Positions 1-13,115 of a stretch of DNA of 64,000 nt are shown piece by piece (the stretch's first letter is position 1; every line of letters starts with the position of its first letter). Source of the stretch: Polymyxa betae A26-41 (taxonomy: Eukaryota > Protista > Endomyxa: Phytomyxea); the NCBI GenBank assembly GCA_003693705.1, contig RBZT01000338.1:1-64000 (forward strand), written 5' to 3'. The notes under the pieces were generated by a model that saw nothing but the letters and a program-made list of their open reading frames with translations, did not search any database and was not told where the DNA came from. The translations under genes and the position numbers were made by a program.

Positions 1-1045
1 TGCGCAGCCTGTCACTGGGTTCGTTTTTTGAGCAATAATTCCTGATATTTGGCAAAGTCACTGAAAAGCTTTTGCAGGGTGTTGCAACGCTTCCATAAGG
101 ACACATTTGAGGCAGTCAATTCGCTTCTGACTGGGGCCAGTCACCATAACGACTCTGATCATGTCGTCACGTAGGGGGTCTCATTCTTTGAATCATGATT
201 TTGGGATTAACGATTCCATTGCCCTGTTCAGTGGCAGTCTTGATATTGGTAGCCTTGACGTTGGAGACGGTACGTGATTAGTGGCTGGCGCTGTCTTTGA
301 TGCTCTGGGATACTGGGTTTGTGTTCAGAATGGCTCTGACACCCGATTTCTGTCTAGGACGCGCGTTTATAAACATTTACGCGAGGCGTGATTGGGATTA
401 ATGGGTATCCGATATGTCCATTGATGATTTAGAATATTTACTGAATGATTTATTTTATGGTGAGTTCAAATAGTAAATGATTAGTCAGCGTTGATGGTAC
501 AGTCAAGATGTCGACTGGAACGAGAACGCTAGAGAAGCACTGTTTTTTGCGTCAGTTGCGTGGTGCGATTAATGGAGGCCATGCAGCGACTGCACACACG
601 TGTTTAGCATGTTCAGCACCCAGGAATATGCGCGAGACTGCAATGCAGTTAGTTATACACGCAAGTGAATGCATTCATTTGCACCCTATTAAGCGCTGAA
701 TTTTGATTTTTCACAATTTAAAGTTATTAAACTTATGATCTGTATTGAATTTAACATGATATTTTCGTATACAGCTTACACTTTATATACGGTACAAAGG
801 AACGTCGTTACAACAGCATGCAGAATTACCGACCGCAGTATGTAAAAGTGGAACTTTCGAAAAACTTGGGTTTCGTAATGACACACAAGAAGCATAAAAT
901 TCACGCATGTAAATATTGGGGGTCATCCCTTATTTCAGGGGACCGGCCCTGTTCGAGCCGTACCCAGTATTTTACTATGCAACTTCAGTCTAATGTACCA
1001 TAGGTATCCACCGGTATTTCAATCATTTTATTCTGCAAATCATCA

Positions 1046-1200
1046 CTGGATATCAACATCAAGTTTAACACTTTGAATTATGGACAAGTTTATATCAAGT
1101 TCTGCCCTACTGAACACATGCTGGCCTATAATATGACAAGTTGGCGGCTCAGTTTTTGGTGAGCTCATCTGCAAGTGCGGATGGGAGTGTTATGGAAGAT
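1046..1200 (+). mobile_element. Degenerate Ty1/Copia RNase H C-terminus with putative polypurine tract and LTR start
   Basis: Translates as LDINIKFNTLNYGQVYIKFCPTEHMLAYNMT, resembling the Copia RNase H end (HIDIxxH...cPTxxMlADxxTK). It is followed by the purine-rich GATGGGAG and then TGTT. Confidence 0.5.
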
Positions 1201-1879
1201 CGCCCTTTTAATTGAATCACATTCCGGCTCAACTTCCGGGAGTAGTTCCGGATCATCGTGTTGTTATTTCCTAACAATACATTTACTCTGTTTTTGTGTT
1301 CTCATTGCTCAAGACTACTTATTGATTTGGAGTAGTGGCTACCAGAATGGTGGTTATCAATGATGGTGATCGACAATCAGCCTCGGGAGGTGTGACAGGC
1401 GTTCGGAGTCACCCGGGCGAGTCGTACATCGTTCATCTCGTCCCAGCCAAAGCCGGATTGCTTTTTGAGTAAGCTGACGGCTTTGTAGATGGCCTTTAAC
1501 TACATTCACGTATGACCAGTGGGAAAGTTCAGTTACAATATGTGACCCCAAGTCATATTTTTGTCTCACTGTTTATAGGTGAAACATATTGGAATTACTA
1601 CATGCTTGATAAACGCTTGGAATGAGAACGAATTCAATAACTGTATTGTCACATGGAAGAAAGGCGATGAAGGCAGGGTTCCCGCACTCAGCGCAGCACT
1701 CCAGCTCAACAGTTCTTCTATGGGACCATGGTCGGAAGAATCTAACCAGTGGGAGTCGCTCCAATAAAACCTGAGGTTCAATTTCGCGTTGAATTTGTCA
1801 GAATGTCTCATTCATGAATCCTTGCTGGAAGTTACCAACCGAGCCTTTCCCCTCATCGGCAGCCTTTGCATTAATCGTT

Positions 1880-1952
1880 GGCTGTTTGGTCTAGTGGCTA
1901 TGATTCCCGCTTTGGGTGCGGGAGGTCCCGGGTTCAAATCCCGGAACAGCCC
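1880..1952 (+). tRNA. tRNA-Pro(UGG)
   Basis: Acceptor GGCTGTT/AACAGCC, anticodon arm CCCGC-TTTGGGT-GCGGG, T-loop GGTTCAAATCC. Near-canonical eukaryotic tRNA-Pro. Confidence 0.97.
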
Positions 1953-2485
1953 CGTTATTGTTTTAGTACGTGTTGCTGTTTTTGCAGCCCCTGCATAATA
2001 TGTCGCCTACATCGCCTATCAATGGCGTAACAACCCGAATTAACAAACAATAAACAAGCCTATTGTTCAATTTTAGGAGTCCAGGTAGCAGTCTTGCTAT
2101 GTTTGTTCGATGAACCTTGTGATTTCCAAGGTGCTCATGGAGCATGGTCTGCTTGTTGACGCATTCGAACCGCTTTGTTGACAAATTTCCCCTTTGTCTT
2201 GAGTCATTGATGGTAACTCACACTAAGAAAGAGCAATACGAAAATGAAAATGGAGTGTATCTTTATTGTTTGTTTGTTGGAAAGTTTCGAATTTCGAACA
2301 ACAGCGAAACGGTTGGCTGGCAGAATAACGTCCGTTTTATAAAACGTTCGATTCAAAAGGGAATCAAACGACAGTTTTGAGGGGGGCGGTGCAGCCAAAC
2401 GCACACTAAAGTACTTGCCGAGGCCGAGGCATTGTCACGGATTGCGGGGAATAACATCGCCACTCTCTCGATCTCGATCAGCATC

Positions 2486-3602
2486 ATGTTAGCCATGATT
2501 GTCATGATGGCTGTTGGGCTATCTACAGCATCGGCCATAATCACTCAGCCCACAAACGTCAACCCAATCAACGTCCATCTGTCCGCAGACCACTCCGACC
2601 CGGACCAACAGCGCCTGCGCGGGTTCTTCGTTCGCCCCGATGGACATTGGATCAATTTCGGTGACGGCCCAGACCTGCCCGGGGTGGTGCCGGTCGTACC
2701 CTCTCCCGCTACGGAAACGTTGCTGGTCGATCTGGCCCCGAACGAGCCCGTGGCGGCAGCGGCCGTCGTACCCGCCCCCAGTGTTGAAACGTTGCTGATC
2801 GATCTCGTTCCGAGCGAGCCCGTCGTCGCAGCGGCCGTCGTACCGGTCCCGTCTGCGGAAATCCATCTCGAACCGAGCACGTCCGTATCAGCGAAGGACG
2901 TACCCGTCCCCGCTACTACGAAGACGTTTCTGAACGTCGGCGAATTTCTTCAAGGTAACATAACCATTGTCGCCTGTTCATTACATCTTGATACTGCCGT
3001 GTATAATAGCACATCCGGAGTTTGATATTGAATCCGTATTAAGTCCGCAGGCACGGCAGATATCTGCGCGATCCTCTATTGATCCTGGCTGGGAAGTAGT
3101 CCGTGATATTCCCGGTCTCGTACTGGACCATCTACGGACACATTCCCATTCACTCCTACAGTATCTTCTGGGATCCATCACCGAATTTCCACCTCATCTC
3201 CGTCCCGATCTCTATAAATCTCTTCGGGCCTTTCAACACAATCCAAGCTGGCTCAAGTTCGTAGCCGACCTCCTGGCCGATTTCATCCAGAATGGGCTAG
3301 TACCATGGTTCCTGTCCACTCCGCATGGTAACGTATTCCAGGCCAACACGCTTACGTTGCTGTTGAACCATCTGGATGGTGATATCCTATCATGGACGTT
3401 ACAGTGCGAGATTGCTGAAGGACGGATCGTCCCGAACCCTGACAGGATTTGCGCCTTCGTCCACAACACGCTCCAGTACGGCATAGACAGGTCGAAATTA
3501 CGTGACGATGTTGCCATTCAGTTCTTTGCCGTACTGGCTGCATATCCTCGACTGCCACACTTAGCTCAAGATCTCATTTACAGTCTGAAATCTGTTCTTT
3601 GA
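2486..3602 (+). CDS. Putative secreted protein with Pro/Val-rich internal repeats (2 exons: 2486-2954, 3010-3602)
   Basis: Hydrophobic N-terminus MLAMIVMMAVGLSTASA. A 55-nt GT..AG intron (2955-3009) joins ORFs 2432-3025 and 2967-3602 in frame. Repeated VVPxPxxETLLxDLxPxEPVxAAA units. Confidence 0.75.
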
Positions 3603-3909
3603 TCTGATCTATCTCATGATATTGGACTCTTTGTCTAATCCTTTCACCTCGTATTCCATCATTCATCTCTTTAACTCGGCACTTTATAATCCTTCCATAA
3701 AACTGTGCTTCAGTCGGATCCCTTTCTGTTCGTTTGATAATTGATTCTTTCTTGGTCTGTTTGAGCAGCTTCTTAAATGCTTTTTGTGCTTGTTTGTTGG
3801 CTGCATAATGCATTTTCTGGCTTTGATCCGCAGTCGGATTGCTATTTATCGGCCGAGTCTCTGTGGCGGACTTTTCGTTTGACTCGTGTTGGATTCAGAC
3901 CATTGACCA

Positions 3910-4928
3910 ATGACGTCGTTCTGGATCATACAGCCTGTCGCCTTTGTTCTGGTCGTCGCGACTGTCATTGCCGTCAGCCCAGATAACGATTCGGGCGTCT
4001 ATCATACCTGCCTGGAATTAATCGCTGAACACGCGTCCTATGATTTCGTGTTGGCCGGCGTACTAGCCCGGGTATGTTCAGGCTATTGCGTGTTTGTCCT
4101 GTTATGGCGGATTTAATTCCGGGCTGGGTTGCCTCGGTCCATAGTATCTCTCATATGTACAAGGAGACAGAACGTGATCTGACCATAGAGATGTGTGAGC
4201 TCATACTGAACATGTTCCCATACAAATCTGTCACTGGCAGAGATATTCCATCCAGTGTCCTTCAGGTTGTAACGAGTCACATATCACTACCAGAGCGGCA
4301 CAATCCCGACCGCAGACGGCTTCCGAAACCCTTCAACTCGTTACAATCGGATCAGGCGTTACTAGTCAGTGATAATGTTACCGCTTCAGCGGCACTCTGG
4401 GCGAACCCGCAGCTTATTCAGGATCTGTTCTTCATGGGAGTACCCATTGGTCTGCATCAGATTAATTGGGCGGACTGCTTATACGAAGACATGGAGGCCG
4501 CGCTTCCATTTGTATATGGATCCACATACGGAGTCCATAAAGCTATTGGAGAACTGATCCAAAATGGGTTTTGTAATCACGTTGCTTTATTGGTACATTC
4601 GGAACATTTCGTTCTCTACCACCACAGTGATCTTTTCAATGAAACGTTCAATATTGCGATCCAGCACGGCTTTCAGCTCCTGCTACATCTCTTAATGAGA
4701 CTTGAGCTTAATGAAGGATGGCTGAATGAGGTGGAGACAATGCCAGAAGGTCCTCTAATGGAAAGAGCTATCAGATGGGAATCCGTTGATTCAGTGCGTA
4801 TTCTACTGCAATATCGGGACCGGATTCTTATGCAGTCAAGTTACCCAACTGCAGATGGACGAAATCCAGATCGAGATGAGATCCTTCATCTCTTAGAACA
4901 AGCTCTACACCATTGTGAGGATATATAA
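3910..4928 (+). CDS. Putative secreted protein with ankyrin-like C-terminal repeats (5' junction uncertain)
   Basis: Signal-like MTSFWIIQPVAFVLVVATVIA, GTATGT donor at 4072, 284-aa downstream ORF with ankyrin-like segments NIAIQHGFQLLLHLL and PLMERAIRWESVDSVRILLQY. Confidence 0.55.
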
Positions 4929-6708
4929 ATCGGATACTGCTCTCTATTGCAAAAGTAATTACTACTTGAAAACAGATGTCCGGAGAGTCAATCTGTGAAC
5001 TCTTCGCACTTGTTTAAGATACGTTCAAATCCCAAACGTCCGTAAAGTCCTTCGAATCAATTGTATAGTCATTGAGGATGCGCTGTCGAAAATCGGTGTT
5101 CGTTTCGCTTGTGGACTGCAGTTGCAGTAGCTACAGTTAGACGATGGCCTGCTACAGTATATTTTTTATCCTCTCAGAATACAGCAGAGGTAACTTGTTA
5201 GAAAGCCATTGAGCTTGAATGAGCTGTGGCGATGGATGCCTTTGAATCAGGCGCGAATAATTGTAACTCCATTCGGAGCACAGCCACTATTAATAGATTC
5301 ATGAATTAGTAGTATAAAGGCCTGTATTATTTCTATGGAACGAAACTCGACCCTTCGGCAGCTTCGGCGGAATGAAGTCTCCCCCGAAACAAGCTTTGGT
5401 CACTCAATGTTCAGAATCTGACAAAATCCAACAAATCCGTGATTAATTTTGTCGATCAATTCCAAAAAAATTTCCACAGGACGTGTCAGGCTTGATTCCG
5501 TTCCAATGACACTCGTTCGGACTGTCTTTGCTGTCTCCACCTGCATCGCGGTGGTCGTACCGCCCCGAACACCTCTTGCCAATTCGACCAGCAGCACCTA
5601 TAAAACATATTCGATCTGATCGCGGACTATGATAGCAATGCCGCTTATAAAAATGCCAGATCAGTAGAGAATATTTTGATTGCAAAATCGCGCTTCGTAT
5701 TATTGAACATAGTCAGTTAGGGTTAGGGTTGGTAACTTATCAATTTCGGATAAAATTCCGCACTGAAAGTTGAATAGACAGCGACCCAGCTGCTAGCCAC
5801 CTCAATGACAGAATTGGGGCCGTGTAACAACTGAAGCAATCATCACATGATTGCCAGACTGTGCTCAAACTGGACGATTCCGCAAGACACCTCGCATTCG
5901 GGACGAACTTCGCAGTCCGAAATCGGCATCTTGATGGGAAAAGCATCCGGTGTGGCGTTTACGATACGAAGACGATCTGAAAAGTTTGTGATGATTCTTG
6001 CTAACTTGAGCGATTCGATCCATTTGAGGTCGTATTGGCTGATGACGATCAGTTCGAAACCGTTGTGATCACTGACGGATTCAAGATCAGTAGATGCCCC
6101 ATCCCACACCACAAGAACGCCGACCAAAACGATTCCAACAGTGACAGAGGTCAAGTCAAAAACAAGCGCTGATGTCGGTTCGCTGAAAATCACCTCAGCA
6201 GAATTTCTTCCAAAATCATGAATTAAGTTTGATGATTCTCCTCATATTACACTCATCTTTCGATTCTGTTAAATTTGTTCTGAAACTTGTGCGGACTGCC
6301 TATCCTAGGCTTACAGTATGGGCAGTTTAAAAAAGGTTCACAGCCATTGGTTTTCGTCACATCTTGCACGGATGCGATGTAGTCTCGGGGCTCCAATCGC
6401 TCTCGGTAATGTACATCTGCGATGGCATGACTTCAAGGAAAACGGAACTAGGCTACCTGCTGCCCTTCGCGCTAATGCTGAAATGGGGATTCTCGATCCG
6501 GAATCTGCTGGAATGACGGATTTGATAAAAACCCTGCTATACTAGAAGCGTATTCCGCTCCCATTGCAAACCAGTTCCTCAATATATTGATCGTGATGTT
6601 GTCGGAGGCGGGCCTGTATACAGTCATTGATCGATCTGGATTCACGGGCGAGCGCGGCATCTGTGTTGAATTACTAAAATGGGACACTGGAATGAAGGAA
6701 GCAGTTGT

Positions 6709-6797
6709 GCCTCCTTAGCTCAGTCGGCAGAGCGTAGGTCTCATATCCAAACTCAAGAGTCATCCTGAGGTCGTGCGTTCGATCCGCACAGGGGGCA
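6709..6797 (+). tRNA. Elongator tRNA-Met(CAU) with 16-nt canonical intron (6746-6761)
   Basis: Acceptor GCCTCCT/AGGGGGC, anticodon loop CTCATA|A interrupted at position 37/38, T-arm GTGCG-TTCGATC-CGCAC, T-run downstream. Confidence 0.95.
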
Positions 6798-7517
6798 TTC
6801 TTTTTGCTTTCCAAACGCAATGCCTGGTCAAAGGCTTGGATCCCGAGAAACTATTGTCATCCCCGATTTCTTTTATCGGGGGTAATAAGAACCGACTTTA
6901 AAGGCTGTGTCATGTCTTACCAGAGGGGACGAATTTTGCTTAATCTGGGTTTGATACGGACAAATAATTTCAAAACGGAGAACAAATAGAAACATTCCCA
7001 TATCCGTGTGATTTCCTTACATAATGGCCTGCTGTCTGATGCAGAAATAGACCTGGCGATTGGACATTCGGGCAATGCCAGATTGTTTTGAACAAAGCAC
7101 AAACAAGAATTATTGAACGATTCGATGCTGTATTTATCAGTGTCTATAGCGAGCGGCAATTGCTCTCACGCTCGGCGTCTCGTTCTTGCGGCAGGATTGG
7201 CCTGACACAACCCGCCTGTCAAACACTGCCTTCCGTTAGCAAATCAACTTGGCCTAACGAGCACATGAGCCACTGACAGCAATATTCCGATGAATACGTT
7301 GAAAACTCCAAGTAAAAAGTAAGCGAGACGAAAGACAGATTTTCTGAATATAGTCCTGAATGCAACAGATCTCACAATGCATAATGCAGCAACAATACGG
7401 CTGAGGACATCATCAGATAAGTCGCCCAAGATCAGTCACGCAGTTTGCCCTCTGAGCGCAGCCCCTTGAATTACGTGACCCTATCGAAGATTGTCCAATC
7501 GTCATTCTGTAACAATC

Positions 7518-10475
7518 ATGTTGGTACTGTCGTTCGTACTGGCCCTCCTGCTGGTTACGGCGTCGTTCACATTGGAGCTTACAGACGAGATCGCGATCAC
7601 TAAGATCGGCGCTTTACATCAGAAACTTTCCAATGCGGTCAGTCTTGATAAGGAGTCGCGAAATGCTATTCGCGATCTCATCCACTATCACGATCCGAAA
7701 TCCTCATTCTTATCATTGTCGTACAAACATTCATCATTGTCACTTATTCGTCAATATGACAGTCGCCTGATCAAGAATCTTCTCACATCCGAGAAATTTC
7801 ATGAAGCTCAGTTCGGCGCCATTCTCATGGTAGTCTATCCTTCAACATCATCCGATCTTGTTATAAATCTAATAGAGGCTGCTCAATTCCATGAATTCAC
7901 TCCCAACTATCAGCTAATTATATCCCGCATGAAATCATCTTCCCTCCGAAAATCAGTCTCCATCAAGATCTGCGACCGGTTTCTCTCGCAAGACGACTCC
8001 GTCATGGAATCGAACTTCAGCCGAGGAACTTCGATTCGTACTTGCTGGGACTCTTCAATTCAGGCTTTATCTGACTCATCAGTACGGCAACTCTCTATCA
8101 GCCTATCTCGGAAACTGTCTCCCTTCTGGTGGACCGAACTATTCGAACCTCTGATTCGTAATTTAATGATTAACTATGAAAATCAGATTGCTCCAGATGA
8201 TGTCTCTGTATCTGCCCTTCTCAAAGCTCGTCGTCGTTTGCTGAAAACGTTTACCGGCGCTTTACATTCAACCTGCGATAACAAGGAGTATAGTAACGAA
8301 GCCGCGATTCGATGCTTGATGATCTTCAAAACGACGAAGGATTCGGTGTTCCCGCGCCTGATGGAATCCCAAGCTAACGATGCTTATTTCATGTTATGTT
8401 TCCTCCTGCCTTTTTGCTGTATTGTGAAATCTTGTCTATAGTCACATAGGAGCGCTATTCGGCACCAACATCCTTGAGCTGATGAAGGACCCTCCGCTGA
8501 AGAATCGAAGGGGTCGGCGGCTCGTGAATCTCACGAAGAGAAAGAGTTTCTTGCCGAGGTTTCTCCGACATATACCGAATGATCTCTGGCTGTTCAAGAG
8601 ATTAACGCTTCATACATTGTAAGCTGCTATCAAATAGTCGTCATGGGATTTCTAAGATGGCTGCCAGGGCTGCTCAGGATCCACAACTTTTCAGGGATTG
8701 CTGGTCGAGATGGGAGCAACTCTTTCTTCAACCAGGGTCGCATTTCGTTTTTGCAAAGCGATTTTCTCTCAAAATTTCCAAATTGTGCTCATTTGCTCCA
8801 AATCTACGATTTCTTTATTGTTTTTCTAACGATTGACGTCTTTGACAATCTGTGTGTCAGGTCTGCTATTACGGCGAATTCCTTTTCTCTTCCTTATAAA
8901 GTGTGGATGAATATTGCCGAATCACATCAATTTCTTATGAAGAAGCCCTCAGTCCGCTATCACAAGTTTTTCTCGGCTTTTGAGACCGCGAAGGCGCAAA
9001 TCGCTGCGGATTTTGTCGATATCGCCCATCTTCTCAGCAAACTGTAAGTTTTTCCTGAAATTTTACATTATCTAAGCGAACGGAATATGCAGAAATCTGA
9101 AACGACACTCAGGCTGATATCAAGTTCGTCTCGTTATCGAATTCGGTCTTGTTATCGTGAGCAACGTTCGCTTGATGCATCCGCAGCTTCACATCTGCTA
9201 GAAATCTCTCACGACTCGGATCATTTCCATCATAATCTACTGGATGTCGTTTTAGGCGCGCTTCCTGCCACTAACGAGCGAGACCTCGCGGAGATCTGCT
9301 TTGGTATCCTGACGCATCCGCTATTGGAGAATTCACAGTTTACAATCGACCAGCTGTCTGCTGCCGCCGCCAGAATCCATCCCGAGGCCGACCTCATCAA
9401 AATCTTCTCTGTAGCCTCAAATCTTCCAGAGTTTGCCGCCCAGTTTACTTTGCAAATTTCGGAACGATTCAGCTGGGGCTTCTGTAAACGGATGCCGCAT
9501 AGCTCTCGGCTTTCACTCCTTCCACAATTCCCGCAATATACCATCTGTCAGATACGTTACCCAACGCTGATTCTGTTACATTAACCATGAGTTAGTCCTA
9601 GATCCAGTTCGCCATTTTCTACGTCCCGGACAGGAACCGTCCATTCCCGAGCCGGACCTCAATAATCGAGACCTTTTCGATTCGTTACTCTCATATTCGG
9701 AAATCGATCAAGACCTGATTCTATCATGGATGACCTGTCTCATCACAAGTCCGCATTGGGCCAGCACGACCGATCAATTCCGGATTCTGCACGACGTTGT
9801 GGGTTCGTCACAGATCGATTCCGAGACCTATCGGGAGCTTCTGTGTCGGATTTTACGGCATTCGAAGTTTGCGGCCTATCTGGAGAGTCATGAGACTTGG
9901 TGGAATTCAGGCGGGTCTTTCCTGCAAACATGGTTCAGGGAATTGTCCGCTCAAGATCGCATCCCGATCCTGGACGAGTTCCCGCAGTACGGTCTCGGTA
10001 ACATTGACACTGAAAAACCCGATAACGTTATTTATGATGGGACTTAGTTCTAGACCCGATGCTGATATTTCACCAGCCTGGATATTACTTCATTGAAGAA
10101 CACATTCAGTATGCGTGGTTTTATAACTGGCTGATGACCGTACTGCCTTCTTTGAATCCGGACCAGCTCGTTGCAACCGCTATTCGAATGATTCAAACTC
10201 CGTTCTGGGATAATTCTTACGAATACGTCGATCTATTCCAATCGATTACCACGCAGCTGGAAGCCGCATCTGGTTCCTGCGACCTCGCAGGTCTACTGAT
10301 TGCCATCTTACAGAAAGAGGACGTCGTCTCTCAAGACAAGGGCGGACGGATCGTTTGCCCTCTACGACCTTCTGTACATCGTTTATTCGATCAATTATCG
10401 GGAGAGCAGCAGAAATCCGTCTGTGATACCTGCCCCAATTATGCTTACGGTATTACCTCCATCATCACACATTAA
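7518..10475 (+). CDS. Large multi-exon putative secreted helical-repeat protein (exon boundaries only partly resolved)
   Basis: Signal peptide MLVLSFVLALLLVTASFTLE. Chain of same-strand ORFs (7491-8441, 8643-9047, 9087-9584, 9730-10047, 10059-10475) separated by short gaps containing splice-like sites. Recurring motifs FPQY/FPQY/CPNY. Confidence 0.6.
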
Positions 10476-11183
10476 TCATCTTAAAATCAGATAGATTTGC
10501 TGGCCAGAGTGAGACCTTTTAAAATCACACAAGATAATCTTAAACGGGTAATTTTCTTTCCGTTTTGTTCGGAATTTCATTGAAAATTGTGCAGTTACGG
10601 AATTTCCTCACTGACGAATGTGCAATATGTTGTAATCAAATGCTGGATGGGAATGGCGAACCCGTTCCTGTCGAAGGCATTGATAATGTAGCTGATTGTT
10701 TTTCGAAGCTAAATTCCCTGAGCTTGTGTGTAGGTGAAACTCGAAATCTGCTCCCTGCATTTCTGTGATCATTTTCTGCATTTGGATTGCTTGAAAGAGT
10801 TCAAATCGCACCGGGATGTAAACCGCTGTCCGGTTTGTCGAACGAATATTCGAGAACTTCATGGATCATTGTACTAGACATTAGCATCCTTGCTGCTCCC
10901 TCGCATTTTCATTGTCGAAAAATCTGTTCAACGCTGCTTGCTAAAACCATGCCAACAGCCTGGAGTTTTCTATTTCAATTTGACAACATCTGTTTACTTT
11001 GGCCGATTTCTGATAGCTGAGCTGGAAAATTTAAAGATTTCATTCAATAAAATCATATGACCATAATGCTCACATCAAGATTTAATGTTTGAAAATCTTC
11101 TAGGCGAGCCATGAATGCACCGTGGAAGACATTCCAAGGCAAGGAACCCTATGATAGAGATTGTAAGAATTCGGCCTCAAAAA

Positions 11184-13115
11184 CCCTGTAAAAAACGTAG
11201 CGAGGTTGCGCCCACCTCACTTTGTGTGTGATTGTGTGCTCTCCTGAAGCCCTCCTGTCACTCTCTTGAAGCTCTCCTGAGGCCTTCCTGTCACTTTCCT
11301 GAAGCCCTCCTGAAGCCCCTTGTCACTCTCCTGAAGCCCTCCTGAAGCCCTCCTGTCACACTCCTGTCACTCTCCTGAAGCCCTCCTGAAGCCCTCCTGT
11401 CACACTCCTGTCACTCTCCTGAAGCCCTCCTGAAACCTTCCTGTCACTCTCCTAAAGCTCTCCTGAACAAGACCCAGTCTATGTCCACTTCGATTTGCAA
11501 CTTATGTCTGCCCAACCTGAATTCATTTCCAGCAACGTGGATGAAGTTCTGGACGTTCCAGGCCTGATCTCGTCCGAGGCATGGCTTAATCGCTTCAGGG
11601 CTGCAAAAAAAAATTGCAGAAAATGCAGCTGGCAGTTGTGACGAAACCCCAATGGTTCCAATTCCAACCGCAAGAATTCGGTCTCGCGGGTTTCAAGACA
11701 GATGCATGTCGACGGATGGAAGCTCTCCTTCGATCCTAATCGAAGGATTATTTGATTTTATTCGTAAGGCTGATTGCAACATTAATCATTGGGGATACCG
11801 AAACTGTCCCCAATGATTTAACGCAACAATAACGGTCGTGAAGTGGCCAATAACAAGCTCAATGGAATTGCAGGCATCAAGCTGGCAAAAGTAGGAAAGT
11901 ACCGGTACGTGTATATTCAGAAGCAGATCCAATTTCATTTATTTATGTAACTTCAGGTTTAATATTGCCTTAATGTTCCGAGATCTATCACCAGCGTCGC
12001 TGAGTGATCAACATCGCCGTCACCTTCAGCGACTGGTTGATCGATCTTTGGAAGAGCGAGCCGCTAGCTCCCGGCAGGATATCCTACAACTAACAGTGGG
12101 GAGTTGAACAACCTGCGCGAGTTGAAGACTTTCGGGCTGCGTCTGCACGAAATTTGTATGACAGCCAAGAGGATGGGCACGATCCTTTTCTGGAAAGCAT
12201 CTTCATCGTGGCCTATACTTTTGGAGGTAAAGTTCAGATGTCAGACTATGCTAATCTCAGTAATCTGTCTGCACAGTCTGCCACAAGTATTCTGGATTCA
12301 AATATCACGAGCCGATTTCTTGGATGGTTTTCAGCCATGTTCGAGCTTGTGATGATTACCGATATTGACATGAGCATCGTTACAACGATGCGATGTCACG
12401 GTTTCGAACCCTTCGTCACAAAGTGATTCCTAACTAAACTTGTGGACCCTCAGGAGCTATCTGCCATGTTACTTTGCTGAGCAGTACCTGACTGGTGCTG
12501 CTGTAGGTCTTCCAAAACGCAGATTAGAATGATGGTTTGGAACAGATCCTGGATGGACCGTCAGCTGATATTGATTGTGACCTCGATGACGAACCTGCTG
12601 ATGGTGAGAGGCTCCTGCTGCCGAAGTGGATGTTACCGTGCCTGTCATCAGTGAACCTGAAGACATCCATGAGGCGGATTTGGCGTTCGACCAGCGGGCC
12701 GGGCTGCCTGTGCAATTCTCCTTTTTATCAGGTTTGTTTCAGTTTCATGCTCTTCGTTTTATATTCATTGCTGTTAGGTTCCCGGTTCACCAACTTGGCA
12801 GCTGCATCGTTAACGGCGCATGCACTGCTTTCAAGCGCTGGACAACCATCCAAGAACGGGTTTCTTTAAATTCCTGAACACTACAGGTTTTGCATTCTTT
12901 ATTTTCTGCTTTGAGGGTTTTCATATTTTGTTTTGCATTAAATGTTACCTGCTTTGAGAATTTTCATGTTAATTAAGGTTTTGGATTGTTTTGATTGTGT
13001 GTTCAACCCTAACGCTTACAGTGCTTAGGGGTCGGTTCAGGAGAGCTTCTAGAGAGCCTCAGAAGGATCAGGAGAGTGACATGAGGGCGGGCCAACTTTT
13101 GATGTAATTTAAGGA
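11184..13115. mobile_element. Degenerate TIR DNA transposon with subterminal repeat arrays (CMC/EnSpm-like, tentative)
   Basis: The left array end CTCTCCTAAAGCTCTCCTGAACAAGACCC matches the reverse complement of ~13029-13056 (CTCTCTAGAAGCTCTCCTGAACCGACCC). The left end begins CCCTGTAAAAAA. Internal ORFs are fragmented. Confidence 0.5.
11240..11466 (+). repeat. Tandem array of CTCCTGAAGCC / CTCCTGTCA(CT) ~11-nt units
   Basis: Directly visible tandem repeat of roughly 20 short units. Confidence 0.95.

Noticed and set aside
5400-6700. Short ORFs on both strands upstream of tRNA-Met
   Set aside because: No motif, start context or splice model could be supported.
11240-11466. Regular repeat array resembling a CRISPR
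   Set aside because: No unique spacers, units of ~11 nt, eukaryotic context and no cas genes.
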